This document shows positions 26,340 to 36,228 of a stretch of DNA of 64,000 nt, in pieces. The DNA lies in assembly GCA_903840015.1 (NCBI GenBank), contig CAIMEL010000004.1, forward strand, positions 97,452 to 161,451, in the 5' to 3' direction. The stretch's first letter is position 1, and every line of letters begins with the position of its first letter. The DNA is from an uncultured bacterium. Its GTDB lineage: Bacteria; Patescibacteriota; Dojkabacteria; SC72. The notes below the pieces were generated by a model. It was not told the DNA's origin. It ran no database searches and saw nothing but the letters and a program-made list of their open reading frames with translations. The position numbers and the translations under genes are program-made.

Positions 26340-28832
26340 ATGAAAACATCCATTAACCTCTTAAAACAATATGGTAATATCGATGCTTCAGACGAGAAAA
26401 TTATCCAACTAGTAAAGGATCATATTGGAGAGGTCGAGAGTACACACGATATCGGAGAGGAATACAAAAATATCACAATTGCTCAAGTGGTAGAAAAAGA
26501 GATTCATCCAGATTCAGAGAAACTGGGTGTATACAAAATAGATATTGGTGGAGACAATCATATTCAAGTAGTAGCAGGTGATAGGGAGCTACCTATTGGT
26601 GCGAAAGTGGCATACCTCGCTCCTGGAGCGACAGTACCATCTAGCGTAAATAGCCAGGAAAAACCCTTCGTAATTAAAGCAATCAAATTAAGAGGTGTAG
26701 AATCCCATGGTATGTTGGGCTCAGCCAGAGAATTAAATATTGGGAATGACCACAACAGAGTATTGATTTTGGAAGATGATGCACCTGTAGGAGAACCATT
26801 TGCGGAATACTATGATTTGAATGATGTCACTTTAGAGATAGAAAATAAAGCGCTGACAAATAGGGGAGATCTCTTTGGTATTCTTGGACTTTCTAGAGAA
26901 TTGACAGCAATTACTGGGAATCCTTTTACTAGCCCAACTTGGTACAACGGTCAGAACAATATCGAAGAACCTAATGGTAGAACATTACCCATAAAGGTTA
27001 TTAACGATGCAGAGATAACTTGTCCAAGATACTGTGCCGTTGTTTTAGAAAATGTAACTATTAAAGAATCTCCTGTATGGTTAAAATCTGCACTGATAAA
27101 ATCTGGTATCCGTCCGATAAACAATATGGTTGATATAACAAACTATATCTCCATACTCTTTGGTCAACCCTTACATGCTTTTGACTATGACAAGATCATC
27201 AACAACGATGAACACAGTAACGGAGAGGCCATTGTTAATATCCGTATGGCAAAGAATAACGAGAGTATGCTCGGGCTAGATGACAAAACATATACCCTTG
27301 ATGACTCTGTAATGGTCATTGCTGACAGCCTACATCCAATCGCAATTGCAGGCATTATCGGAGGCCAGAATACTGAGGTAGATAGTAATACTACACGAGT
27401 GATTTTGGAAGCAGCAAATTTTGAGAAAACAAGTATACGAAGGACTTCAATGAAACTCGGGATTTTTACGGATGCAGCAACACGATTTAAGAGAGCCCTT
27501 GATTTAAATCACTGTATGTCTGCCCTAAGCAGAGCAATTGATTTGGGGAAAGAGCTTACAGGGTCAAGTATAGCTTCCCGAATTATTGATATAAAACAAC
27601 CAATACCAGAAAATAAAAATATCTCATTAGATTTAAATCGTCTCAATACACACCTAGGTCTTTCACTTACCAAAGATACAGTGAAGAATATACTAACCAA
27701 TTTGGAATACAAGATAATTGAGGAATCAGATACTTCCTTAATTGTTGAAGTACCTTCTTGGAGACCAGATGTATCAATTCGAGAAGATATTCATGAGGAC
27801 ATTGGTAGAGTATATGGTTTTAATAACATACCCTTAGTATTACCTGAGAAGCAAATAGATACGAAACGAAAGAACAAGATCTTTGAGATGAAAAAAAGTA
27901 TTCGAAAAATACTTTCAGGCACAGGTGGATACGAAACCTTGAACTATAGTTTTGTTGATTCTAATCTTCTAAAGCGTTGTAATCTATCTCCTGATTCTGC
28001 TTTTAAATTAAAGAACCCGTTATCACCAGAACTCTCATTGATGAGGACATCGCTTTTGCCATCACTACTTTTAAAGGGACAAGAAAATATTCAAAGAGGT
28101 TTTGAGAATTTCATACTGTATGAATTAAACATCTTTCATAACCATAGTAGTTTTGATCAAGATAATTTACCTGAAGAGAACTGGTATCTATCAGCTATAA
28201 TTACAGAGAGAAATAAAACAGAGTTAGATGGTTCACCATACTATACTGCCAAGTACTATCTAGAAAGGCTTCTAAATGCAATAGGGAGAGAAAATATTAC
28301 ATATGATCTTGTAGCAGATCATTTAGAAATGGAATTACCGACAGAAATAAGGAATGTTTTACCTATGTTTGATCCCAACACTTCAGCCATCGTTAGCTTT
28401 AATGAGGTTCATCTAGGTATAATCGGAGAATTGAAAGAGGAGATCAAAGGGAACTTCAAACTTCCTCCACATAGTGCTGGATGGGAGATTAATATCACAG
28501 AATTAAGTAACATAGTAGAAAAAGCGAAAACACACAAGGAAACACCTATTTACCCATTCATCAAAGAGGATATATGTTTTGAGATAGACAAGGGAGTTAA
28601 ATACTCGGATATTGAGACTGATATAAAGAGGATTGTTAATAACAGTAAATTGATGGGTAGGGTGGAATGTTTAGATATTTACTCAAGTAAAGAATTGGTA
28701 GGGAAGAAAAGAATAACATACCGAATTGTAATATCTCATTATGAAAAAACTCTTGCAGAAAAAGATATACAAATAATAAAGAAACAAATAGAAGAAAATA
28801 TCTCCGAGAAATATAACGCTATAATTATCTAA
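26340..28832 (+). CDS. pheT: Phenylalanyl-tRNA synthetase beta subunit.
   Basis: It has an N-terminal tRNA-binding OB domain (EKLGVYKIDIGGDNHIQVVAGDRELPIGAKVAYLAPGA) and B3/4 and B5 regions. It is 830 aa and lies directly after pheS. Confidence 0.85.
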   Translation: MKTSINLLKQYGNIDASDEKIIQLVKDHIGEVESTHDIGEEYKNITIAQVVEKEIHPDSEKLGVYKIDIGGDNHIQVVAGDRELPIGAKVAYLAPGATVPSSVNSQEKPFVIKAIKLRGVESHGMLGSARELNIGNDHNRVLILEDDAPVGEPFAEYYDLNDVTLEIENKALTNRGDLFGILGLSRELTAITGNPFTSPTWYNGQNNIEEPNGRTLPIKVINDAEITCPRYCAVVLENVTIKESPVWLKSALIKSGIRPINNMVDITNYISILFGQPLHAFDYDKIINNDEHSNGEAIVNIRMAKNNESMLGLDDKTYTLDDSVMVIADSLHPIAIAGIIGGQNTEVDSNTTRVILEAANFEKTSIRRTSMKLGIFTDAATRFKRALDLNHCMSALSRAIDLGKELTGSSIASRIIDIKQPIPENKNISLDLNRLNTHLGLSLTKDTVKNILTNLEYKIIEESDTSLIVEVPSWRPDVSIREDIHEDIGRVYGFNNIPLVLPEKQIDTKRKNKIFEMKKSIRKILSGTGGYETLNYSFVDSNLLKRCNLSPDSAFKLKNPLSPELSLMRTSLLPSLLLKGQENIQRGFENFILYELNIFHNHSSFDQDNLPEENWYLSAIITERNKTELDGSPYYTAKYYLERLLNAIGRENITYDLVADHLEMELPTEIRNVLPMFDPNTSAIVSFNEVHLGIIGELKEEIKGNFKLPPHSAGWEINITELSNIVEKAKTHKETPIYPFIKEDICFEIDKGVKYSDIETDIKRIVNNSKLMGRVECLDIYSSKELVGKKRITYRIVISHYEKTLAEKDIQIIKKQIEENISEKYNAIII

Positions 28833-31552
28833 TCAGGTAATATAACGCCCTCTTCAACCGTGATTACAACATCCTTGTTCGCTATTTTTCCCTTGTTATC
28901 CTTCGTATAAACAGTCACCGTATGATTACCTATAACCGTAGAATTAGGTACAAAATAATTAACTAAGAATGTCCCATCAGCATTCAATGTTGCACCTGGA
29001 ATTACAGAACCATCAAAACTAACTTTAAATTCTGATATACTTTCCAGATATCTAACTACACCAGACACCTCCATATTACCATTTCTCTTCACCTTATCAT
29101 TACCTTTTGGTTTTACAACATCTATAAGAGGCGCATTATCTGGTCCTAGAGGTAGAGTACATAACCCACTTTCAGGTTCTTTTAACAGGTATGTACTGTT
29201 TTTAATAGCAAGCAAATGTTTTTCATATGCTTCTCTTTGGAAAACATTTTCCAATTTTGTACTCAATATATATTTGTTCACCGTGAGCTTGTATGCCAAA
29301 GCCTGCTCCAAGTTAGCTGGAGCTAGGTTACTATCTTTACATACAACTATGGTCTTACGATTATCAATCTGTGGCGCTCTTCCAGCAATATATACAGAGG
29401 CCTCTTTCTTACAATCAACTCCATCTGCAGGAGTTGCCCCCGTATCGATACAAACCGTTGTTGTTAATATTCCAGCTGGCCTATTAAATGAAGTAGGGGA
29501 AAACCTATCTACAACTCTTTTCATGAAGGAATTTGCAACAGGCATAGAAACATTCTCACCCCATGCTCCTGCTCGAATTTTCTCATTATTATTATTCCCT
29601 CCCCATACACCTACAACTAAATTCTGATGATAGAGGAAAGCTGTGAGGTCTTTAGCGTCATCAGTCGTACCAGTCTTACCACAAAGCTTCTTTTTACCAA
29701 TATAGTAGTAGGCATTACCCAATCTGTCACCAAAACCATTGAGATCACAAATCATCCAATTCACTAAATATACTTCTTTTTCATCAAAAACCCTCTTACC
29801 TTTTGTATCTTCTCTCTCCATTAGTACCTCTCCCTTAGAAGTTTCAACTTTAAGAATTGGGCTAGGATCATTACGCAAACCACCATTAGCAAGCACTCCA
29901 TACGCTGCAGTATGTTCTAGCAATTTAACCTCACCGGAACCTAATCCAAGACTCAAACCGTAACTTTCTTTAGAAGCTAAGTCCTTAACTCCAAGTTTCT
30001 CCATCGTTTGAAGATAGTTATCAATTCCTGCCAATTGCAATGTATATACTGCTGGAACATTTCTAGATAGAACTAGAGCTTTTCTAGCAGTTAGAAAACC
30101 TTCATATTTCTTATTCCAGTTAGTAGGTTTGTAATTACCAAATTTAATCTCAGCAATATCCGGTGTAGCCAACCAAGGGCCATAACCTTGATTTATCGCA
30201 GTTAAATATACAAATGGCTTCACAGCAGAACCCATCTGCCTCTGACTTACAGTAATATTCACATTCCCATCAACCCTAGGGTCCTCAACATTCCAGTAAT
30301 CAACAGATCCAACCATTGCAAGAACATCTCCATTCTTAGGATTTAAAACAACCATTGCACCGTTATTTACATTGAACCTTTTCGCATTATCGACTCCCTT
30401 CGCCACCTCTTCCTCAGCTATCTTCTGTAAAGAAGAGTCCAATGTTGTAGTTACTTTTAACCCACCTCTCTCAACACGATCTATACCGTATTCTTTCTCA
30501 AGAATCTGTTTTACATAGAAAACAAAATGCGGTGCTTTAATATCTATTCTCCTCGTCCTGTAAACAAGTACTTCATCCCTAGCTGCATCAATCTCCTCCT
30601 CTGTCACACCTGTAAGTTTTGAGTTTTTTAACATCTGATTAAGGACATATTCCTGTCTCACTTTTGCCAGATCAGGATTAGTCCCATACAAAGGAGAATA
30701 AACACCAGGACTCTGTATTAACCCGGCAATTAATGCACTTTCTGCAAGAGTTAGTTCACTAACATCTTTGCCAAAATATGAGTTTGCAGCAGCTTGGAAA
30801 CCATAATTTACACCACCAAGAGGAATCTCATTCATATACATCTGCAATATTTCATCCTTAGAAAAAGATTGTTCCATCTGCATAGTAATCAACACTTCCT
30901 TTATTTTCCTGGAATATGTTTGCTCATATGCCTCATCGCCAAGGACATCGTACAGGATAGTATTCTTGACTAATTGCTGAGAGATAGTACTTGCACCTCT
31001 AACTACTGCTCCTTTCGTAATATTCTGAATAACAGCTTTTACAATTCCCAAATAATCCACCCCCTTGTGTTGATAGAATTCAATATCCTCTGCAGCTAAG
31101 AGTGCCCACTTGGTATGTTCTGGGATTTTATCTATGGAAACAAATTCTCTATTCTTATCACCATATACGGTATACAGAATCTCCCCATCCTTATCTAAAA
31201 TCTGCGTACTTTGATCCGATGCTCTATCAACAAGTTCATTCGGTGAAGGTAGTGAGTTCTGAAGATTTTTAAGATATATTCCAACACCTATTAAAACAAC
31301 ACAACCAAGGAAAAACATCAAACCTATGAAAACATATAGTGCTTTCTTAGCCTTTTGTTTAAATATTCCCATCTTGGAATTATCTTTAGTAGCAGGACCT
31401 TTTCTTTCTGTCTTACGATTACTCACACCGTGATTACTGTATCTCTTAAAGTTTTTAAAACGAGAAAGATCAGTAGGAGTATATCCTCTAGAAAAAGCCG
31501 CCCTTTTTGGATTCTTCCTCCCTGAATTTGACATTCCAATACTATACTTCAT
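28829..31552 (-). CDS. Class A penicillin-binding protein (bifunctional GT51 transglycosylase/transpeptidase, PBP1A-like) with a long basic cytoplasmic tail and a C-terminal extra beta-rich domain.
   Basis: GT51 motifs EDIEFYQHKGVD and RGASTISQQLVKN are present. Transpeptidase SxxK-type and KTGT (GKTGTTDD) motifs are present. A TM anchor follows a K/R-rich N-terminus. Confidence 0.85.
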   Translation of the reverse strand: MKYSIGMSNSGRKNPKRAAFSRGYTPTDLSRFKNFKRYSNHGVSNRKTERKGPATKDNSKMGIFKQKAKKALYVFIGLMFFLGCVVLIGVGIYLKNLQNSLPSPNELVDRASDQSTQILDKDGEILYTVYGDKNREFVSIDKIPEHTKWALLAAEDIEFYQHKGVDYLGIVKAVIQNITKGAVVRGASTISQQLVKNTILYDVLGDEAYEQTYSRKIKEVLITMQMEQSFSKDEILQMYMNEIPLGGVNYGFQAAANSYFGKDVSELTLAESALIAGLIQSPGVYSPLYGTNPDLAKVRQEYVLNQMLKNSKLTGVTEEEIDAARDEVLVYRTRRIDIKAPHFVFYVKQILEKEYGIDRVERGGLKVTTTLDSSLQKIAEEEVAKGVDNAKRFNVNNGAMVVLNPKNGDVLAMVGSVDYWNVEDPRVDGNVNITVSQRQMGSAVKPFVYLTAINQGYGPWLATPDIAEIKFGNYKPTNWNKKYEGFLTARKALVLSRNVPAVYTLQLAGIDNYLQTMEKLGVKDLASKESYGLSLGLGSGEVKLLEHTAAYGVLANGGLRNDPSPILKVETSKGEVLMEREDTKGKRVFDEKEVYLVNWMICDLNGFGDRLGNAYYYIGKKKLCGKTGTTDDAKDLTAFLYHQNLVVGVWGGNNNNEKIRAGAWGENVSMPVANSFMKRVVDRFSPTSFNRPAGILTTTVCIDTGATPADGVDCKKEASVYIAGRAPQIDNRKTIVVCKDSNLAPANLEQALAYKLTVNKYILSTKLENVFQREAYEKHLLAIKNSTYLLKEPESGLCTLPLGPDNAPLIDVVKPKGNDKVKRNGNMEVSGVVRYLESISEFKVSFDGSVIPGATLNADGTFLVNYFVPNSTVIGNHTVTVYTKDNKGKIANKDVVITVEEGVILPD

Positions 31553-31648
31553 TTCTATATATCCGTATTATATGATATCTTAATATATATTATACAACTC
31601 TTTAATTCAACCCAAAGGTATATACAAGCTCATGATATAATAGGAGTT

Positions 31649-32941
31649 ATGAAAAATATTAAACCAAACACATTAAAAGGCTTTCGTGATTACTTCGCAG
31701 AGGAGATTGTCATTAGGGAGTACGTTGTAGAAACATTCAAGAGACTTGCAAAGAGATATGGGTTTGAAGGCTTAGAAACACCAGCCTTAGAGTACTCGGA
31801 GCTAATTCTCGGACAAAGTGGTGCAGAGGCTGAGAAATTGTATTACAGATTTGAAGATCAAGGTGGCAGAGATGTCATGTTGAAATATGAACTAATGATC
31901 TCGATGTGTAGAGCAGTAGCACAAAATATCAACAATATTATATTTCCTTACAAACGATATCAAATACAACCAGTATGGAGAGCTGAGAATGTACAGAAGG
32001 GCCGTTTAAGAGAATTTACACAGATGGATATCGATATCTTGGGAGTCGAATCTATGTATGCAGATGCAGAGATAATAGCATTTGGATCTGAATTCTTGAA
32101 AGAATTAGGTTTTAAGAAGTTTGTTGTAAGAATAAATAACCGAAAGATACTTGAAGGTATACTAGATGCACTGGACATCGATATTACGAAGTTTGAAGAT
32201 TTTTACATAACAATAGATAAATTACAGAAAATAGGGAAAGAGGCTGTCTCTGAGATACTGGAGGAAAAGGGTTTTAAGAAAGAGGATATTACAAACATAT
32301 TCCTTCTTCTTGATTCAAATGACTTAAATGAAATAGAGGCAAGAATAGGAAAAAGTCCAGTAGGGGAATCAGGAATTTCCGAAATCAAAGAGATTTTCTC
32401 AATACTCAATGGCTTAGGAATAGATCCTGCGAATTACAAATTAGATCTAACCTTAGCACGAGGCCTTGCCTCATATACAGGTCCCATATGGGAGTTTGAA
32501 ATAATTGATGGGGATGTAGGTTCCGTCAGCGGTGGGGGTAGATATGACAATGCAGTTAGTAAATATGTAGGAAGGAAAGTTCCTGCTACTGGGACATCTT
32601 TTGGACTAGAGAGAGTTACTCAGGTTCTACAAGACTTAAAAATCACAAACTTCAATGGAACACCGACAAATATTCTACTTTTAGCAATGAATACAGAATA
32701 TATTGAGCGTATTCAGGAACTTGCCAAATCGTTAAGAGAAAAAGGTAAAAATTGCATGATATATCCACCTACAAACAAATTAAATCTATGTTTAGGCTAT
32801 GCAAACAGAAAAAATATTCCTTGGGTCATAGTAGTGGGAGAGGAAGAATACAACAAAAAGTCTGTTCTTGTAAAGGATATGGCGAAATCAGAGCAATATA
32901 TAGTCGCTCCAGAAGAAGCACTTAAAAAAATATTAGAGTAA
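31649..32941 (+). CDS. hisS: Histidyl-tRNA synthetase (class IIa).
   Basis: The N-terminal motif LKGFRDYF, motif 3 GGGRYDNAV and a C-terminal anticodon-binding alpha/beta domain (NILLLAMNTEYIERIQELAKSLREKG...VIVVGEEE) are present. Confidence 0.7.
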   Translation: MKNIKPNTLKGFRDYFAEEIVIREYVVETFKRLAKRYGFEGLETPALEYSELILGQSGAEAEKLYYRFEDQGGRDVMLKYELMISMCRAVAQNINNIIFPYKRYQIQPVWRAENVQKGRLREFTQMDIDILGVESMYADAEIIAFGSEFLKELGFKKFVVRINNRKILEGILDALDIDITKFEDFYITIDKLQKIGKEAVSEILEEKGFKKEDITNIFLLLDSNDLNEIEARIGKSPVGESGISEIKEIFSILNGLGIDPANYKLDLTLARGLASYTGPIWEFEIIDGDVGSVSGGGRYDNAVSKYVGRKVPATGTSFGLERVTQVLQDLKITNFNGTPTNILLLAMNTEYIERIQELAKSLREKGKNCMIYPPTNKLNLCLGYANRKNIPWVIVVGEEEYNKKSVLVKDMAKSEQYIVAPEEALKKILE

Positions 32942-32973
32942 AGATTCTAGGCTAGATCATTTCTCAACGCTAC

Positions 32974-33582
32974 TTGATGAAAGCAAGGCAAGATGCAATA
33001 TTATTCCTTTCTCGCAACACTGCACTAAAAGAGCTCCTCCGGAAGAAGATTAACCACTTTAAAGATTCTGTACTTTTAAACAAAATATCTCTTGTAAATA
33101 TAGCAGAATACAACATTCGAGTAATTATTCTTGATGAACAAACAGATTATAGCCATATAAAAGAGATAGATTGTAAAAACATAATAGTTGTAATTAATAA
33201 TAAATCTCAAGAAACATACAATCGTATTTTTGAGAACGATATTTACCATATCTTAGAAGTTCCAATTAATGAGAATCTTTTATGCTCAATCCTGCTTAAA
33301 AGTTTTGAATTGCTCCAAGACAGATCTTCTAGAAAGATTAAGTATCATGGTTTAACACTTGATCTTGAATCAAACTTCGCTATATACAAAGATTGTAAAG
33401 TCAATTTAACACCAAAGGAAGCAGATGTTCTGCATCATCTAATTACAAAAGAAAAACAATTATCTCTCTCTGCCAGGTATTTACAAGTTGTAACATCCAG
33501 AATTAATCGTAAGTTTAAAACATGTACAGATACAAAGATAATTAGGAGTAGGTATGGGTATGGATACTATTTAGCAATTTAG
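32974..33582 (+). CDS. OmpR/PhoB-type winged-helix DNA-binding protein with a degenerate (pseudo-)receiver N-terminal domain.
   Basis: The C-terminal region LTPKEADVLHHLITKEKQLSLSARYLQVVTSRINRKFKTCTDTKIIRSRYGYGYYL fits the trans_reg_C consensus LTxKEfxLL...R..LRkKl...I.TvRGvGY. No phospho-acceptor Asp context was recognised in the N-terminal half. Confidence 0.5.
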   Translation: MMKARQDAILFLSRNTALKELLRKKINHFKDSVLLNKISLVNIAEYNIRVIILDEQTDYSHIKEIDCKNIIVVINNKSQETYNRIFENDIYHILEVPINENLLCSILLKSFELLQDRSSRKIKYHGLTLDLESNFAIYKDCKVNLTPKEADVLHHLITKEKQLSLSARYLQVVTSRINRKFKTCTDTKIIRSRYGYGYYLAI

Positions 33583-36185
33583 ATCTTTTTCTTCCACTGA
33601 ACTATTTTGTTCAGAGCTTCAATCGGAGTGAGATTATCTACATCTATTTTCTGTATATCCATTTCTATCTCTGACTGCTTCGCAGTGAAGAGGGGATATT
33701 GATATACATTTGAGAAAGGTTTGTCATCTTTAGATGCTTTAGAGTATATATTGGTCTCTCGAATCTGATTCTTGCCTGTAAACATACTTTTTTGTTCAAA
33801 ACTCTCCAGTATCTCATTTGCTCTCTTTATTACCTTAGATGGCAATCCAGCCATTTTTGCAACATATATTCCATAACTTCTATCAGTCCCTCCTTCGACA
33901 ATTTTTCTTAGGAATATGACCTCTCCCTTCTCTAATTCTTCCTCAACGAGAACATTGTAATTTTTTACCGAGTTAGGATATTTTTCTGATAACTTCAGAA
34001 GTTCGTGATAATGGGTAGCAAAAAGAGTTCTCGCTTTTATATCCACTAGAAGATACTCTGCAAGAGCCCAAGCGATACTAACTCCATCATATGTACTAGT
34101 TCCTCTTCCAATTTCATCAAGAATTATCAGACTGTATTTCGAGGCGTTATTAATAATATTTGAAGCCTCCTCCATTTCAACCATAAAGGTACTACGTCCA
34201 TGAGAGAGATCATCTGCGGCACCAACTCTGGTGAATATTCTATCAACTAAGGATATTCGTGCTGAAGACGCTGGAACAAACGAACCGATCTGAGCCATCA
34301 AAACAATTGTTGCTACCTGCCTTATGTATGTTGATTTACCAGACATATTGGGCCCTGTAAGAACACCCATATAACAATCTTTTCTATTTAGGTATGTATC
34401 GTTCGAAATGAATTCTTCATCTTGAATACTTTCGACAATTGGATGCCTACCTTTCTTTACTTCTATTACACCATCTCCATCACCCATCTCTAAAATATCT
34501 GGTTTTACATAGTTTTTTGTAATCGCAGTAAATGCAAAAGAGGCGAAGACATCAATTGTGCTAATAATGAAGGAGAGGTTCTGTATTTCCTGCAAATGTG
34601 TGAGAAGAGAATCACGAAATTCTAGAAACAATTTCAACTCTAAGTTACAAAGATTATCATGCGAATTCAATATAATACTTTCGCGTTCTTTTAATTCCTC
34701 TGTTATATATCTTTCACTGCTAACAAGCGTCTGTTTACGAATATACCTAGCTGGGACCTTTGCTTGATGTGTTTTAGTTACTTCTATGTAATATCCAAAT
34801 ACTTTATTGAAATTTACCTTAAGTGAAGTAATACCAGTTTTAATTCTTTCCTCCTCTTCGAAATTTTTTATCCAACTCTTGTTATCACCACTTAAGCTTC
34901 TCAATTCATCAACCTCTTTACTGAAACCAGTCTTAATGATATTTCCTTCTGAAATAGTAAGTGGTGGTTCATCTGCGATGGTATGGGATATTCTATCTAT
35001 CACATCTTGGAGAACAGAAAGATTTATTTCTTCATACCTAATTTCCAGATTTTTTCTTAGTAAATCGACTATCTCTAAGGACGCTATTAAAGAATACTCT
35101 AATGCTTTCAAATCTCTCGCATTTACCCTGTTCAACCCAATCTTTCCAACTATCCTTTGTATATCATTTATCCCTTCTAACTTTTCTCGAATGGATGTTA
35201 ATGATTCTCTGTTTTCCGTAAATGAAGAAACAAACTTCAATCTCTCATCTATGGATTTTTTCTCTATGAGGGGATTTAGCATCCAGGAGTAGAGAAGACG
35301 AGTTCCCATACGAGTCTCTGTTTCATTTAAGACTGAGAAGAGAGAGTTTGAGATGTCTCCAGTATATGAGTTGGAAACAAGCTCTAAGTTTCGTATAGTC
35401 GCTCGATCCAGTAGCATTGTGTTTCCAAGTCTTACTTTTCTTGGTTTCTGTATATGCAACGGATTCATCAACTGAGTATCCTCTATATGCTTGATCATCA
35501 TAGCTACAGGTATTAGTTCTTCTGAATCTGATGGAATGTCTATAGATTCTGTAGATTTGATATCAAAAAACGTCTTTATGATTTCTGCAGAATATGGAAG
35601 ATTCCTTGTAGCCTTCTCTATGAACTGTACTGGTAGAGAGGAGAGCGTTTCAAAAGATTCGCCCTCTAGTAACAATATTTCTACGGGAGAGAAAGAAGTT
35701 AGTACTTTGTCTACAATATTTTTAGAATCATCTGCAGTTACTACTAAGAATTTACCTGTAGAGATATCAGCAACAGATACATAGATATTTTTCTTACTAA
35801 AAAAGAATGCAACAATATTGCTGTCTTTTATGGAACTAGCCTGTTCACCATCTACCGTTCCTGGAGTAACAATTCTAGTTACTCCACGCTTGACTATACC
35901 CTTGGCGAATTTCGGATCTTCCAATTGATCAACTATTACAACAGAACATCCTGCTTCTATTAATTTGGGAAGATATTGATCTAATGCCTTGTGTGGAAAT
36001 CCCGCGAGTGGGATAGCATTGGTGCTTTTATCTCTCTTGGTCAGTGTGATATTTAATATCTTAGAAGTAAGCTTGGCATCTTCTCCAAAGGTTTCGAAAA
36101 AATCACCCATACGAAAAAGGAGTATTTTGTCAGGATACTGTTTCTTAAAACTTGTATACTGTTTCATCATTGGAGTGCTATCCAT
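33579..36185 (-). CDS. mutS: DNA mismatch repair protein MutS.
   Basis: The N-terminal mismatch-binding region reads MMKQYTSFKKQYPDKILLFRMGDFFETFGEDAKLTSKILNITLTKR. The ATPase Walker A TGPNMSGKSTYIRQVA and the MutS signature STFMVEMEE are present. Confidence 0.9.
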   Translation of the reverse strand: MDSTPMMKQYTSFKKQYPDKILLFRMGDFFETFGEDAKLTSKILNITLTKRDKSTNAIPLAGFPHKALDQYLPKLIEAGCSVVIVDQLEDPKFAKGIVKRGVTRIVTPGTVDGEQASSIKDSNIVAFFFSKKNIYVSVADISTGKFLVVTADDSKNIVDKVLTSFSPVEILLLEGESFETLSSLPVQFIEKATRNLPYSAEIIKTFFDIKSTESIDIPSDSEELIPVAMMIKHIEDTQLMNPLHIQKPRKVRLGNTMLLDRATIRNLELVSNSYTGDISNSLFSVLNETETRMGTRLLYSWMLNPLIEKKSIDERLKFVSSFTENRESLTSIREKLEGINDIQRIVGKIGLNRVNARDLKALEYSLIASLEIVDLLRKNLEIRYEEINLSVLQDVIDRISHTIADEPPLTISEGNIIKTGFSKEVDELRSLSGDNKSWIKNFEEEERIKTGITSLKVNFNKVFGYYIEVTKTHQAKVPARYIRKQTLVSSERYITEELKERESIILNSHDNLCNLELKLFLEFRDSLLTHLQEIQNLSFIISTIDVFASFAFTAITKNYVKPDILEMGDGDGVIEVKKGRHPIVESIQDEEFISNDTYLNRKDCYMGVLTGPNMSGKSTYIRQVATIVLMAQIGSFVPASSARISLVDRIFTRVGAADDLSHGRSTFMVEMEEASNIINNASKYSLIILDEIGRGTSTYDGVSIAWALAEYLLVDIKARTLFATHYHELLKLSEKYPNSVKNYNVLVEEELEKGEVIFLRKIVEGGTDRSYGIYVAKMAGLPSKVIKRANEILESFEQKSMFTGKNQIRETNIYSKASKDDKPFSNVYQYPLFTAKQSEIEMDIQKIDVDNLTPIEALNKIVQWKKKI

Positions 36186-36228
36186 AGTGAGAAAAGTATA
36201 TCACGAAACAGTAAAATATAACTACAGG

